A stretch of 64,000 nucleotides of DNA, from positions 8,159 to 72,158 of IMG/VR virus record IMGVR_UViG_2684622926_000002. The stretch is one strand, 5' to 3'. Positions 1-10,754 of this stretch are shown here, piece by piece. Positions within the stretch are counted from its first letter, which is position 1. Each line of letters starts with the position of its first letter. A program made the position numbers and the translations under genes. The notes beneath the pieces were generated by a model. It saw only the letters and a list, made by a program, of their open reading frames with translations, was not told where the DNA came from and made no database searches. Source of the stretch: a virus. Taxonomy: Duplodnaviria; Caudoviricetes.

Positions 1-602
1 TACATAACCGCTAAATTATGTTGTCCCTTAGCAAATCCTTGTTCAGCCGATTTTGTATACCAATAAAACGCCTTTTGCTTATCTTGTTCTATGCCATCAC
101 CATTATCATACATAATTCCTAAACTATTTTGGGCGTTAGCAAATCCTTGTTCTGCCGATTTTGTATACCAATATACAGCTTTAACTTTATCTTGCGCTGT
201 ACCTTCACCGAAATAATTCTTTATCCCTAAATTGTTTTGGGCAATAGAGTTACCTTGCTCTGCGGCTTTTGTATACCAATATATTGCTTTTTGCTTATCT
301 TGTTCTATGCCATCTCCTTCATCATACATATACGCTAAATTATGTTGTGCTTCAGCAAATCCTTGTTCTGCGGCTTTTGTATACCAATAAAACGCTTTTT
401 GTTTATCCTGCTTTGTACCGTAACCTTCATCATACATATACGCTAAATAATATTGGGCTTCAGCATTACCTTGTTCAGCCACTTTTTTACAGGGAGTAAA
501 CGCTTTTTTATAATTTTCCTTATGCCAATATTTACTGCATTGATTTGCATACCCGGCAAAAGAAAATAAGAGTGATAATATGACTAATAATCCTTTTTTC
601 AT
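1..602 (-). CDS. Sel1-like (SLR/TPR) repeat protein with signal peptide; 3' end runs off the window
   Basis: Manual translation from ATG at 602: MKKGLLVILSLLFSFAGYA, then 36-aa repeats of the type AEQGxAxAQxxLAYMYDEGxGxxQDKQKAxYWYTKA. Absent from the ORF track because it is open-ended. Confidence 0.92.
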   Translation of the reverse strand, partial: MKKGLLVILSLLFSFAGYANQCSKYWHKENYKKAFTPCKKVAEQGNAEAQYYLAYMYDEGYGTKQDKQKAFYWYTKAAEQGFAEAQHNLAYMYDEGDGIEQDKQKAIYWYTKAAEQGNSIAQNNLGIKNYFGEGTAQDKVKAVYWYTKSAEQGFANAQNSLGIMYDNGDGIEQDKQKAFYWYTKSAEQGFAKGQHNLAVM

Positions 603-870
603 AATTTTTCCTTATATTATATTTATATTAACAACGAAAACTTACTTATGCTTTTTAACTGATTTTTAGGGATATTAACTACCAATGTATTTAGAAAATT
701 TATACAAAATTATTAATAGGATTTTTAGAAAAATCCAAGAAAACTATAACGAGTTTTTCACAAAAAATCATTAATAGAATGGCTATTTTGATTAAGATTA
801 AAATACATCAACGAATTTTTTTATCCTAGGAGAGAACAGAAAAAGGGGATTTAAGTCGGCTTTTGAAGTA

Positions 871-1450
871 TGGAATGTCGACATGTTTTCATACAGCAAA
901 TTTAAGGGGTAACGCTATATCAATAAGGTAAAACCCGCAGTGAATTAGTTTTACAGAATTGTGTTAGCCATCAGCATTAGAGAGATGACCAACACAATAC
1001 TCCACAATAGGTTCATGCCAAACTAAAGATAATCGAAGTACTGAAGATAATGAGTTACTCACCCAGCGCAAAGAGAACAAACGGTTATTGATGGAAAACG
1101 ATATCTTCTAGCAAGCCACACTGATAATGGCACGAAAATCGCAGTAATACCATCAAATCAACATCACCATTGATTAAGTTGGTTGGGTCGATGTTTAGCT
1201 ATAGCAAGGCATTACTTTTATTATCAGTGCCAAACATGCCTTAAGAAAAAGTTTTAAAGTATGCACAAAAGATTCAATTTATTTTTTAATCATAGCTATC
1301 AATCTTATGGTACGCGAAGAATACGAAAAGCGTTGTCAAATCAAGGCATAATCGTATCGCGTCGTGATGTGGCTAACGTAATGAAAGCATTATCATTGAA
1401 ATCAGGATATACCGCGAAACGGTATAAAAACAGTTCTTCTCTCTAAAGTA
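871..1450 (+). mobile_element. IS3-family transposase remnant
   Basis: Starts with a TGGAATGTC..ATACA..TTAAGGGG end motif. Degenerate orfA/orfB (YGTRRIRKALSNQGIIVSRRDVANVM) is homologous to the copy at 23110-24109. Confidence 0.8.
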
Positions 1451-1544
1451 TCATTACACAAAACCAATCAATTGGCCTTTAAAATTGCGTACGGCTTTGA
1501 GCATTTTTAATATCAGAAACGATTGTGGTTTAAATTAGCATAGC

Positions 1545-1790
1545 CTTTTTTTTCGCACGGTGTTTATTTTTAGCTGCAAGTATATTCCAGTTGAAACAGA
1601 AAGATAGGAGTACAATCAAAAACCAGGTGCCTTTTTATAGAATCAAAGATAAATTTTTTCTTCTAAATAAAAAGATTAGTCTTATTTTTAGTAGTTTAAA
1701 GGGGATACTTTCGGGAGTTGGCGGATAAACCGCCCGTGAACGGAGTCACTGTTGGTTTACTAATTTTTCAAATGGACTTGTAGTGGTCAA
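1545..1790. repeat. Partial, internally deleted copy of the ~570 bp Rhs-associated non-coding module
   Basis: Shares gttgaaacagaaagata..., tagaatcaaagataaattttttcttc and ggataaac/gcccgtgaacgg with 11771-12342. Confidence 0.8.
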
Positions 1791-1863
1791 GTATTTTCGT
1801 ACACCAATTTAGCTTGCGCAGCAATGGCCGGTGGTAAACCGGCATTAAAACTAGGTAGGTGTT

Positions 1864-1958
1864 TTAAAACTATGTGGACGTATTAAAACTATGTGGGCGT
1901 ATTAAAACTATGTGGCCGTATTAAAACTATGTGGCCGTATTAAAACTATGTGACCGTA
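1864..1958. repeat. Five tandem 19-bp repeats (TTAAAACTATGTGGCCGTA consensus)
   Basis: Units start at 1864, 1883, 1902, 1921 and 1940, each with 0-1 mismatches and no spacers. Confidence 0.95.
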
Positions 1959-2315
1959 GTTGGTCAAAGAAAAATCGGGATTTATTTTTTCATGATAGGT
2001 AAACCAGATGTGTATCTCTTTTTCTGCTATCTTCATAAGGTTTTTTACTTATTCTTTGCTTTCGTAAATACGGTTTAATTTAAAACGTCATTAACTGAAC
2101 AAATCCAAGCACATCTTCTAGGCAGCTTAATGAACTTTGATATCAAACAAGGGGGATCTGTACAGCAGAAAAGTTGCCTTAAAACAGGGAAATGGCAATA
2201 AATAGTCACTTATCTAGAGGTATTTAGGTTTAAATATAAGCCCAAATACCTCAAAAAAGTGCAGTTAGAAATTTAGTTTGAGTGGAGTTTTACTGTACAA
2301 AGGCCGCAATAAAAA

Positions 2316-2789
2316 TTAAAGTGGTTTATACATATGGTAATTTATCAGTACCTGATTTTTTCTGTATATTTTGTTAGTCCGTTTTATTTTAAAACCCCAT
2401 TTTTGGAAAACTGGCATGGCCACTTTTGAAGCATCTACAGTTAATTGTGAAAAATTTTTCTGGTGGGCCAAGTCAAGTATATGGTCATAGAGTTTTCTTG
2501 CTACGCCACGCTTTTGAAAGTCAGGATGCACGTAAAAACAGTCTATGTAACCATCATCTTTAAGTTCAATAAACCCAGCAAGGCGTGAGCCAAAGATAGC
2601 CATCCAAGGCTGAGTGTTATCTAAACGTTTTAACCACATCTGATAATCTGGAGGTGTTGGGCTCCATGCTTCTTGCTCTGCTTTGCTATAAATATCGGTA
2701 TCAATAGCATGAATAGTCGAATGAAACAAATCGCATATTGCAGTAGCATAGAGTGGTGAGTATAGTTTTACTGCGATTTTAGATGCCAC
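2316..2789 (-). CDS. GNAT family N-acetyltransferase (YafP-like)
   Basis: GFIELKDDGYIDCFYVHPDFQKRGVARKLY and VDASKVAMPVFQKWGF motifs. Likely GTG start at 2789; the ORF-track extension to 2987 overlaps IS debris. Confidence 0.88.
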   Translation of the reverse strand: MASKIAVKLYSPLYATAICDLFHSTIHAIDTDIYSKAEQEAWSPTPPDYQMWLKRLDNTQPWMAIFGSRLAGFIELKDDGYIDCFYVHPDFQKRGVARKLYDHILDLAHQKNFSQLTVDASKVAMPVFQKWGFKIKRTNKIYRKNQVLINYHMYKPL

Positions 2790-2799
2790 ATTACCCAAC

Positions 2800-3240
2800 G
2801 TGTTCCCTACTTTCATTATGATTGGCTCCAACAAGACTTTGCACTTCATTATCGCCAACATTAACAAAACGGGCTTGCGTACTAATAGCTTCGTCAGTAT
2901 CCACATTAATAGCTTACTGTGGTTTGCGCCATGTTCTGCTTTTTTTAACTTTACCTTTACCAAAGGCTTTAAAGTCTGTCGCGACAATAACGAAACAGCG
3001 AATAGCCCTTTCGATTTATTGCTATATTTGGCGTAAATTGTCTTTGAATGTTTATTGATATTGGACGGATGATATTAGTGTAACATCCAGCTACTTGCAA
3101 GCCAACTCGAAAAAGCCTTGCCGTGCAGATAACAGCATAGAGAATGTCCCCCCTCCATCATCAAGGTAGTTTCAAGCGCGGTATTAAAATACTGGAAGTC
3201 TCCACGCATACTATTAAGTTTTATATTGTCACGTAACTAT
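2800..3240 (-). pseudogene. IS5-family (IS903-like) transposase remnant
   Basis: Broken frame reads VIVATDFKAFGKGKVKKSRTWRKPQ*AINVDTDEAI..NVGDNEV, resembling IS903 LVIDSTGLKVFGEGEWKVKKH..RTWRKLHLAVD. Confidence 0.55.
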
Positions 3241-3433
3241 AGCTAAATCAGATTGTTACTAGTAAGTCGGATGGGGGCTTTAGCGATGTTGGTGCCGGTT
3301 TCGGGGCTATAGTGACAGAAAAGTTTTTTAACCCTAACCAATCTTGTTATGTGGTATTGAGTATTTTAATTTCTATAATTAAACTTTCCGATTGCCTAAA
3401 GTAGAGATAAAAAAGCTGTCTAAAGTAGATCGC

Positions 3434-3832
3434 CTATTTTAAAATTGTGTAGTTTTTAATTATCTCATTATACTTTATATAGCACTTTTCAATAAAATTT
3501 TTGGTTTCATTTAATATGTTTTCCAGATTACTAATTATATGAAACTCTTCAAAAATATTTCCATCTGATGTATAAAACTGCCCTTTTATTTCTATTCTTT
3601 GATTATCATATTCTCTATATGAAATCTCTATATCTAAAAGATCAATATCTTTCTCATTTAAAACTTCTTCTTTTAATAAAAATTCTAAATATTTGATATG
3701 TTTATATACATTCCCTTGATTATCTTTTTCATATTGATCTTCAATATGAACTTTTTTAATTTCTTCTCGATTTTGAAACTTTTCTTTTCCGAAAAGAAAA
3801 TATTCATTGAGTAAAAATGTTACTTTATCCAT
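3434..3832 (-). CDS. Putative orphan immunity protein
   Basis: 132-aa acidic ORF immediately downstream of an Rhs remnant; its toxin tip is essentially deleted. Confidence 0.55.
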   Translation of the reverse strand: MDKVTFLLNEYFLFGKEKFQNREEIKKVHIEDQYEKDNQGNVYKHIKYLEFLLKEEVLNEKDIDLLDIEISYREYDNQRIEIKGQFYTSDGNIFEEFHIISNLENILNETKNFIEKCYIKYNEIIKNYTILK

Positions 3833-3839
3833 AATTCAT

Positions 3840-4430
3840 ATCTTGTGTACAGGTAACTTTTGCATCTTGTAAAGCTTCTGTAAAACTAGACTTATTACCC
3901 TATAACCCGACGGGCTCTTTCCGCAAATAAAACCCAGTATTTGCGGCGTAGTATCTGAAACTGTCACAATAGAGTCCTGCTAGTTCCTCATCCTCATAAT
4001 GACCAAGCTGCCTGAAAGGTTAGAAATGTTTATTGTGAAAGCTATCTTCCCAGATCCTACCATAAATATCAAACACTACCTGCAAACAAGCTTTCCTTAT
4101 TTATCGTAAACCTGATCGGGTCTTTCAAAATAATCAGATAGAATAAAGTAGCTGTTTTCATCCTAAATTTTTAGCAGTCGCCGCGAAACTTCCATCTGCA
4201 TACAATCAAGTAGTAACATTATGGATTTATTCAGATTTATCCAAAATAAGTAATCCTAAATCATCAGGTAGAATTTAAGATCGCTCACTTAGCTCATAGC
4301 TCTATTAGGTAATAGAACATTATGCCCTCAAAGAAGGAATAAATTTTTGAATTAACAGTTTAGCCGTTCTTCTTAAAGCATCATAAGCAAAGGGAATCAA
4401 TTGGCCTTTAGGATTGCGTACGGCTTTGAG
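3840..4430 (-). pseudogene. Rhs core remnant
   Basis: Broken frames read MLKAVRNPKGQLIPFAYDALRRT...VFDIYGRIWEDSFHNKHF...GQLGHYEDEELAGLYCDSFRYY. Confidence 0.85.
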
Positions 4431-4574
4431 CATGCCAATGTAACGAACTTACCAACAGTCATAAGACTTTAGCCTTATTAAAATCCTTATTCCCGAGGAC
4501 GAACAGGAACTATTGGATAAGTTGGACAGTTAAATAAACAAAAAATCCTACTTTTTGATTTGGATTCTTCTTTT

Positions 4575-4862
4575 TTAAGGCATTCTCATTAAACTTTCTC
4601 TTAATCTATTAATTAAGTCTTTTGATTTAAGACATTCCAGTGGAGTTAAATAATCTAATACAGGGGCTTTATAATTTAACCATTCTTCATAATTTTTGCC
4701 AATTTTACCATACACAACTTTAGCTAGATCAGTATGATTGTTTAATAAAGTTAATAAATTTATCTTTTTTTCATCTAAATAATTCTTATTCCATATATCT
4801 TCAAATGAATGAACAAAACTTTCCCATTTATCTCCTATATAGTATTTTTCTAATTCATACAT
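4575..4862 (-). CDS. Immunity protein with MbcA/ParS/Xre-antitoxin-like C-terminal domain
   Basis: C-terminus YEEWLNYKAPVLDYLTPLECLKSKDLINRLRESL fits the WLxxxxxxLxxxxPxxxL pattern; lies directly downstream of a RES-type tip. Confidence 0.65.
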   Translation of the reverse strand: MYELEKYYIGDKWESFVHSFEDIWNKNYLDEKKINLLTLLNNHTDLAKVVYGKIGKNYEEWLNYKAPVLDYLTPLECLKSKDLINRLRESLMRMP

Positions 4863-4865
4863 AAT

Positions 4866-5400
4866 TTATAATCCATTAAATATTATAATATTATTACCTG
4901 CAATATCTTGTGCAGAAGGCGCTAGTATCCAGCAAAACCGTTAGATTTTGCAAAATCTCCAAGTTTTGAGTAACATCATAATTACCGCTTAGGGCTATAA
5001 TATCATCTAAAGATACATTAAGTTTATTCCTAACATTTGGATCTATTAAATCTAATACATTCTCTAATGAAAATTCTTTTGTTACTAAAACCTTATCCCC
5101 TAATGGAAGGTAACATGTAATTTCTTTATAAGCTGTTTGTAGGCTTATCCTAGCATAAACACCACCTACTCTAGGTTTAGTATCTCTATGATTAACCGCA
5201 ACATTCCATTGACGGCGAGTCCAAATTGAAGAAACTCTATCCGGCATATCATCTCAATATGCACTCCCTTCCACTTTTTTACCAGATAACCCACAATTTT
5301 CCAACCCGAACAGGCAACCTCGGTATTCGAGTCGAAGACATACACATATAAATTGGGGTTATTCCTACCAAGTCCTATAGGATCTTTGCTCATATTGCGA
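4866..5400 (-). pseudogene. Rhs tip with RES-domain toxin (frameshifted)
   Basis: KDPIGLGRNNPNLY junction, then NHRDTKPRVGGVY..VLDLIDP..YDVTQ and, after frameshifts, LGDFAKSNGFAGILAPSAQDIAGNNIIIF. Confidence 0.72.
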
Positions 5401-6060
5401 TGATTCCTTTTTGTTGATGAGAAAATAATGAGCCTACGCAAGTTGTGCAATATCCTTAACAGTAAGGTAAAAATTAACGTTTTTTCATCCTAATCAGTCA
5501 TCAATATGCCTCCAAATTATTGCGTTTAATGGTCAAAATAAAAAACTGCAAATGGGGCCAATGATCTTAAAATTTGCACGAATTGATAATTAGAAGAAAA
5601 GAATAGCTGACCAAGAGTTAAAACTGATAGATACATATAAAAACCATAACACTTAATTGTTGTACCCCAAAAGTGGTACAAACGATTTTTAGCAAATACA
5701 TTTAACATAGTTAAGCTATGGCTAAATTAGTGATTAATGTAAGTTCACAACCTCAATAAAATTAACATCAAATTATTGGTACTAAAGTTTGTTACCTGAT
5801 AAGGAAAGAAAAGTCATGTAAAAAGGTATTTTTTTAATTAATGTTTTTTATAATTGATATTTTTTTTAATATTTTTTGACTTTAATGGACTGGTGAAATA
5901 TTCTACATTTAGATTTATTTATCAGCAATTAAAATACTAGACTTTAGTTTATATTGATTTTTTAGTGAAAGGTCTAGCATTTTTTATAAAAAAATTAATC
6001 TTAACTTAATTTTTTATAAAATATATCGGTTTCTAATACTCAAAACTAACTAGGATTAAG

Positions 6061-7224
6061 ATGGTTAAAAAATTATATTCAAGACAAAAAAGAAAAAAAC
6101 TGAAATTTTATGAGGAAAATTTATTCAAATTCATTAAGTTTTTATTCACAATATTAACCCCTTTTTTAGGGTTGGTTTTAGTATGGTGTTTTTTGAGTAG
6201 TATAGATCGAACTGATGTTTTCCAACAAATCGCTTTTGGTAATCAAGCTACCTTTATGCCTCTTATTGTCTTTTATATCTGTATGTTCTCTATTGTTTAT
6301 TTAAGCGCCGTCCCGAGTTTTATGTTTGTATTTTTTCCTAAAATTCTTATTAGTGAAGATTTACCTTTTGTTTTTTCAAGTAAACGGGCATTTATAGAAC
6401 AAATTATAGTACTAATTATTCTACATTTTTTTGTTATTACTATATCAATTTTTTTACTAGCGATAATCTGTTTCAATATGTATATAACCTTAGTTGTTTC
6501 CGCTTTGGTGTATTTGCTTTATTCAAAAGGTTACTTTTATATTAGATATGGGATAAAAATTCATAATAAATTAGTTTTTATTAATTTTTTTTCCGCGTAT
6601 TTTTCATTTTTACTAATTAGGTGGTTTTTCTTGCATATCACGGGTGCTAAATTTGAATCATCTAATGAGAGTTCGCTTTGGGGTTTGCTTGGGATTTTTC
6701 TTTGGCTTACATTGATTTATGCTATATTGCTAATTGTTTTATATCTTCCTGCAATTATATATTACATGTTCTATAATTCATATAAAATAATTCTAAGTTG
6801 TATAGCTTTTTTAATCTTAGTTATTTCGTTTGTTTTAGCTATTTTTTATAATAACCTTTTTCATAATATATTTGAACAATACTTAATTATAGATAGAACC
6901 CCTTATGTAGCTATTTTGAATAAAAATGATTTTGCGAAAAATATTTTTTATGATCCAATTTGGGAGCTTAAGGATTTAGATGAAGATAGTAATTTTTATC
7001 TTTTAAGAGGAGAAAAATTTTTCAATTTATCTTCATACACTCTTTTTTGCCCATTAGATACTTATAAATATTTTAAATCTAGCCCATCTAAAATAAACTT
7101 TAAAGATTATACAAAACATTGTAGAGTGCTAAATATTGATGAAGTTATGTTTGAAGAACTTAAAATAGGTAAGCTTAAACGTAGAGTGAGACATATAAGT
7201 AAATTGAAGTATTTTACTCGCTAG
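6061..7224 (+). CDS. Multi-pass membrane protein of unknown function
   Basis: 387-aa ORF with ~8-9 hydrophobic segments and a soluble C-terminus; very AT-rich. Confidence 0.75.
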   Translation: MVKKLYSRQKRKKLKFYEENLFKFIKFLFTILTPFLGLVLVWCFLSSIDRTDVFQQIAFGNQATFMPLIVFYICMFSIVYLSAVPSFMFVFFPKILISEDLPFVFSSKRAFIEQIIVLIILHFFVITISIFLLAIICFNMYITLVVSALVYLLYSKGYFYIRYGIKIHNKLVFINFFSAYFSFLLIRWFFLHITGAKFESSNESSLWGLLGIFLWLTLIYAILLIVLYLPAIIYYMFYNSYKIILSCIAFLILVISFVLAIFYNNLFHNIFEQYLIIDRTPYVAILNKNDFAKNIFYDPIWELKDLDEDSNFYLLRGEKFFNLSSYTLFCPLDTYKYFKSSPSKINFKDYTKHCRVLNIDEVMFEELKIGKLKRRVRHISKLKYFTR

Positions 7225-7428
7225 TTTGTTAATTTTGATAAAGTGATTTTAATAAATGGATATTTGAATTATAAATATAAATTTAAGAATATATAGTCAT
7301 AAATTTTATAGCCAGCTTATAGATAATAGCTGTCATAAAGTTAAATGCTTTTAATTTATAATTGATATTTTAATATGCATAATTGATCTTAAGTTAGTTT
7401 AGGTGTTTATATCAATAACTAATTATAT

Positions 7429-7751
7429 AATCAAAGATAAATTTTTTCTTACAAATAAAATAAAAAGATTAGTCGTATTTTTAATAGTTTATAGAGGATG
7501 CTTTCGGGAGTTGGCGGATAAACCGCCCGTGAACGGCGTCACGGGTGGTTTTCTTGTTTTCAAATAAACTTCGTCGCCGTGACACGATGCACCAGTCTAC
7601 AAGCAAAAAACAGAAGCTTTAGCAGATGCGCCAGCAGACGAAGAAACAGCGGATGAGGAGAAGCAAAACACGTGAAGAGCGCGAGATTAACCAAGCGTTA
7701 GCCAAGCTGGAGCGCAAGCATCGAAACCGAGTTTGAGCGTTGACTAATGCC
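7429..7751. repeat. Partial, internally deleted copy of the ~570 bp non-coding module
   Basis: Same sequence blocks as 11771-12342, with the same ~165 bp internal deletion as 1545-1790. Confidence 0.85.
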
Positions 7752-7879
7752 TTCTACAACTCATGCGTTCTCTTATTCCCGAGGACGAACTCGAACTCTT
7801 AGATAAGCTGAATGCTTAAAAAAACAATAAAGCCAACTCAAAAAGTTGAATTTTATTTATATTTGTATTCTATTAAAGA

Positions 7880-8410
7880 TAAAGAAATAAGAGTTGTTTT
7901 ATAAAGAAACAATAACGGTATATCAAGCATAGAGAAAAGAAATTGCTTTACCTGCTGTAAAGGCTCAAACTTTTGTACCTCCCTTTAAAGTTGAAAGAAT
8001 GACTTGGATTAAACCTTCTTTTTATCGATGATGTACAGATCTGGATGTGCTGAGGAGAAAGAACAAGAACATATATTAGCAATTAAAATAAAACGAGAAG
8101 GTTTTAATAGGCTTTGGAAAATGTCTGTTTATTTATTTTTAAAAAGCATATTTATAAAACTTATGAAAATTAAAAAGGGAAATTGAACAATACAGTTGTT
8201 CGTATTCAGTGGGATCCTGAAAAAAGTATTAAACTGGAGAATTTAGATTATAAATCTATTCAAATAGGGTTAAAGGGTGGAGCTGTTAAAAAATATCTAA
8301 AAAGATTGGATTGTTCAAATTGATGATATTACAGATTTTTTTAAAGAAATACACTAACTCATTTTAAATAATGAACTAGAAAATCAAATGAATTATTGAA
8401 GCGGATTAAA
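7880..8410 (+). pseudogene. DUF4291-family protein pseudogene
   Basis: Broken frames read [68 protein letters not shown]. Confidence 0.8.
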
Positions 8411-8941
8411 TTCAGTTTTTTGTATTAGAGTTTTAGCTGTATTATTTAATTCTTCATAAGGAGAATCGAAATATTGCTTTAAGATACCTAATATCTCATT
8501 ATTGATACCTACTTTATATAAATTCCAAAGACATTTTTTCCAGATTGGAACCATAAATGTTTCTATATTTTCAGTATCCTGTTCTTGAAATTTATTAATA
8601 TGCAATATTTTTAGATAATATTTAATATTACCCTTACATACCTCTAATGAATCTAAAATTCTTTCTAATAGGTAATAAGGTACCCATATTTTATCAATTA
8701 ATTGCTTATAAACCTTATCAATATTCTTATTTATATATTCTTCATCATATAAATACTCTATAATATCTAAGCTTACTTCTACTTGCTCAACATTCTCTCT
8801 AGCAATCGAATCCAATAAATTTAAGTAAAAATAATCGATACTTTGTCTTAAATCTATAGAATATTCACTATAAAATTTATCCAAATCTATTTTATTAGTT
8901 AGCAACTTATAGATTAACTGTTGTTCTTCAGCTGTAATCAT
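8393..8941 (-). CDS. Putative orphan immunity protein (alpha-helical)
   Basis: 182-aa ORF directly after a truncated Rhs tip. Confidence 0.6.
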   Translation of the reverse strand: MITAEEQQLIYKLLTNKIDLDKFYSEYSIDLRQSIDYFYLNLLDSIARENVEQVEVSLDIIEYLYDEEYINKNIDKVYKQLIDKIWVPYYLLERILDSLEVCKGNIKYYLKILHINKFQEQDTENIETFMVPIWKKCLWNLYKVGINNEILGILKQYFDSPYEELNNTAKTLIQKTEFNPLQ

Positions 8942-8944
8942 TAT

Positions 8945-9265
8945 TATAAAATTTGATTATTTACCTTCAATCTTAACATTTTCAAAAGATACACTATTTT
9001 CATTAAATGTATCAAGACTTTTTCCTGTTTGAAATATATTCCCAACAAGTCCGATAGGGTCTTTGCTTATATAAGCTCCTGAATTACTTTCGTAATATCG
9101 GAAACGGTTACAATAGCGTCCTCTAAGTTCCTCATCCTCATCCTCATACTGACCAAACAGCCTAAAAAGTTAGAAATGCTTATTGTTAAAGCTATCTTCC
9201 CGTATTCTAGATAAATATCAAACTCTACTTGTCAAATAAGCTTGCCTGTTTCATCGTAAGCTTGA
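8945..9265 (-). pseudogene. Rhs core-end remnant with truncated toxin tip
   Basis: FDIYLEYGKIALTISIS / GQYEDEDEELRGRYC.RFRYYESNSGAYISKDPIGLVGN. Confidence 0.8.
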
Positions 9266-9366
9266 TTCAATGCTTAAAAAACAACAAGCCAACTTATAAA
9301 AGTTGGCTTGTTATTTTATATTGAAAATTTATTATCACATTGGTTTTACCAACAAATAATAAATAA

Positions 9367-9696
9367 CTACATCCACCTATTAGTCGAAGTATTAGCATAA
9401 AATAAATCAAAATATTTTTGATCTATTATTTTCATACTTTCTAAAGAACCAAGTAGATTTTCAGATATTTCTAAATCTTCAGCACAACCTGAGTATTTTG
9501 TTAAAAAATTTATAAATTTAACTAATAACTCATTTTTATCTTCTTGTGTTAAAGAATTATCATTATAAAATTGCTCAATTATAATTTTTATTTTTTGTTT
9601 TTCTTTAACATTATCTTCATAAGTTGCATTGAGATTCTGATAGAATATATCCCATTCGTTTGCTATTTCTTCTAATAATCTTAAATATTTTTGCAT
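9367..9696 (-). CDS. Putative immunity protein
   Basis: 109-aa ORF ending just before a cassette terminator hairpin at ~9286-9310. Confidence 0.55.
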   Translation of the reverse strand: MQKYLRLLEEIANEWDIFYQNLNATYEDNVKEKQKIKIIIEQFYNDNSLTQEDKNELLVKFINFLTKYSGCAEDLEISENLLGSLESMKIIDQKYFDLFYANTSTNRWM

Positions 9697-9721
9697 AGTC
9701 TAAATATTTTTAGCTTATTTT

Positions 9722-10135
9722 TTAGTTTTCCAGAAATAAATCTCGTTTAGATTTATTTTTGGCATCATTTACTCTCTCTTTTTTTATATTAAAATAGTTT
9801 ACAGCTTTATTATATATTTCTTCATTACATTGAAGAGAAAAAATAATTTTATCTTTTTGATTTTTAATCATAAACGTATCTTTATTAAAATATAGTTTAG
9901 CATCTCTTATATTAATTAAACCTTTTTTTCCAACTAATCTTGATGAATATTGAAATATAATATTTTCATCATTTATATTAATAAAACCACACTCTTCAGA
10001 TTGAGAATAGATAGTTAGGTTTAAAGAGTGATAATCTTCCTTATAAGATTTGATATAAAATTTAGGTTTTAAAAATGAAAACATAATTAATAAAGATATT
10101 ATTAAAAAAATTATTAGTGAAATTAACTTAAACAT
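9722..10135 (-). CDS. Hypothetical protein with N-terminal membrane anchor
   Basis: MFKLISLIIFLIISLLIMFSFL hydrophobic N-terminus; lies inside an Rhs cassette. Confidence 0.55.
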   Translation of the reverse strand: MFKLISLIIFLIISLLIMFSFLKPKFYIKSYKEDYHSLNLTIYSQSEECGFININDENIIFQYSSRLVGKKGLINIRDAKLYFNKDTFMIKNQKDKIIFSLQCNEEIYNKAVNYFNIKKERVNDAKNKSKRDLFLEN

Positions 10136-10207
10136 TTAATTTTAGATTTTAAAGAATCTATTTTTTAGCTAATGTAGCAGGCGTAACCCATTTATACCAA
10201 GACATTT

Positions 10208-10610
10208 TTATTCTTTTATATCTGCTTCTTGAGTGGCAACGTACGCAAAACTTGCACATTGCCTATCTCGTAAATTATATCCATTAATTGATGTGCTACC
10301 AGCTTTAAACTCTTTAATATATTGTTTCAAATTATACATTTGTGTTCCATCTATATCATAAAATACTGAATGCAAATTAGAACTATTTAAATACTTTATA
10401 TGATTATAACTTAGTTCTCTAGGAATATCTGCAATCCTAATTTTAGGTATTTTATTATAATTAAAACAATCTCTAGGCACTGTCCAATATAAGTAGTAGT
10501 TCCATTCTCTGTTACTCCTATTAGGGCATGGCCACAAAGTCGTAAGTATTAGAATATCTAATTAATTTCTAACTTAACCCAAATGGAGCGACCCACGTAT
10601 TGCTATCAAA
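10208..10610 (-). pseudogene. Rhs junction remnant plus unidentified toxin tip (ORF 10208-10537)
   Basis: DSNTWVAPFGLS* at ~10560-10610 precedes a 109-aa open segment with no recognised motif. Confidence 0.5.
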
Positions 10611-10619
10611 CTGCTGCAC

Positions 10620-10700
10620 TAAAATACTTTCCAATACTAGCCAGTTTTGTAATGAGGTATTGAGTAGTTGGATTTCTATTATTAGGCTTTCTGATTGCAT
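10620..10700 (-). pseudogene. Truncated third copy of the MQSESLIIEIQ immunity-like gene
   Basis: About 80 bp nearly identical to the 5' ends of 12379-12747 and 17309-17677. Confidence 0.85.
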
Positions 10701-10754
10701 AGGGCAAAAATAAAAGAAAAAAGCCAACTTTTATAAGTTGGCTTGTTCATTTAA

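Noticed and set aside
1-500. 108-bp periodic DNA repeats and the + strand ORF 269-499
   Set aside because: They are the Sel1 repeats of the minus-strand gene; the + ORF is its shadow, and this is not a CRISPR.
1864-1958. 19-bp repeats as a CRISPR array
   Set aside because: The units abut with no spacers.
2790-3058. N-terminal extension of the GNAT ORF and + strand ORFs 2800-3058
   Set aside because: They overlap an IS5-like remnant and show no GNAT-related or other credible motifs.
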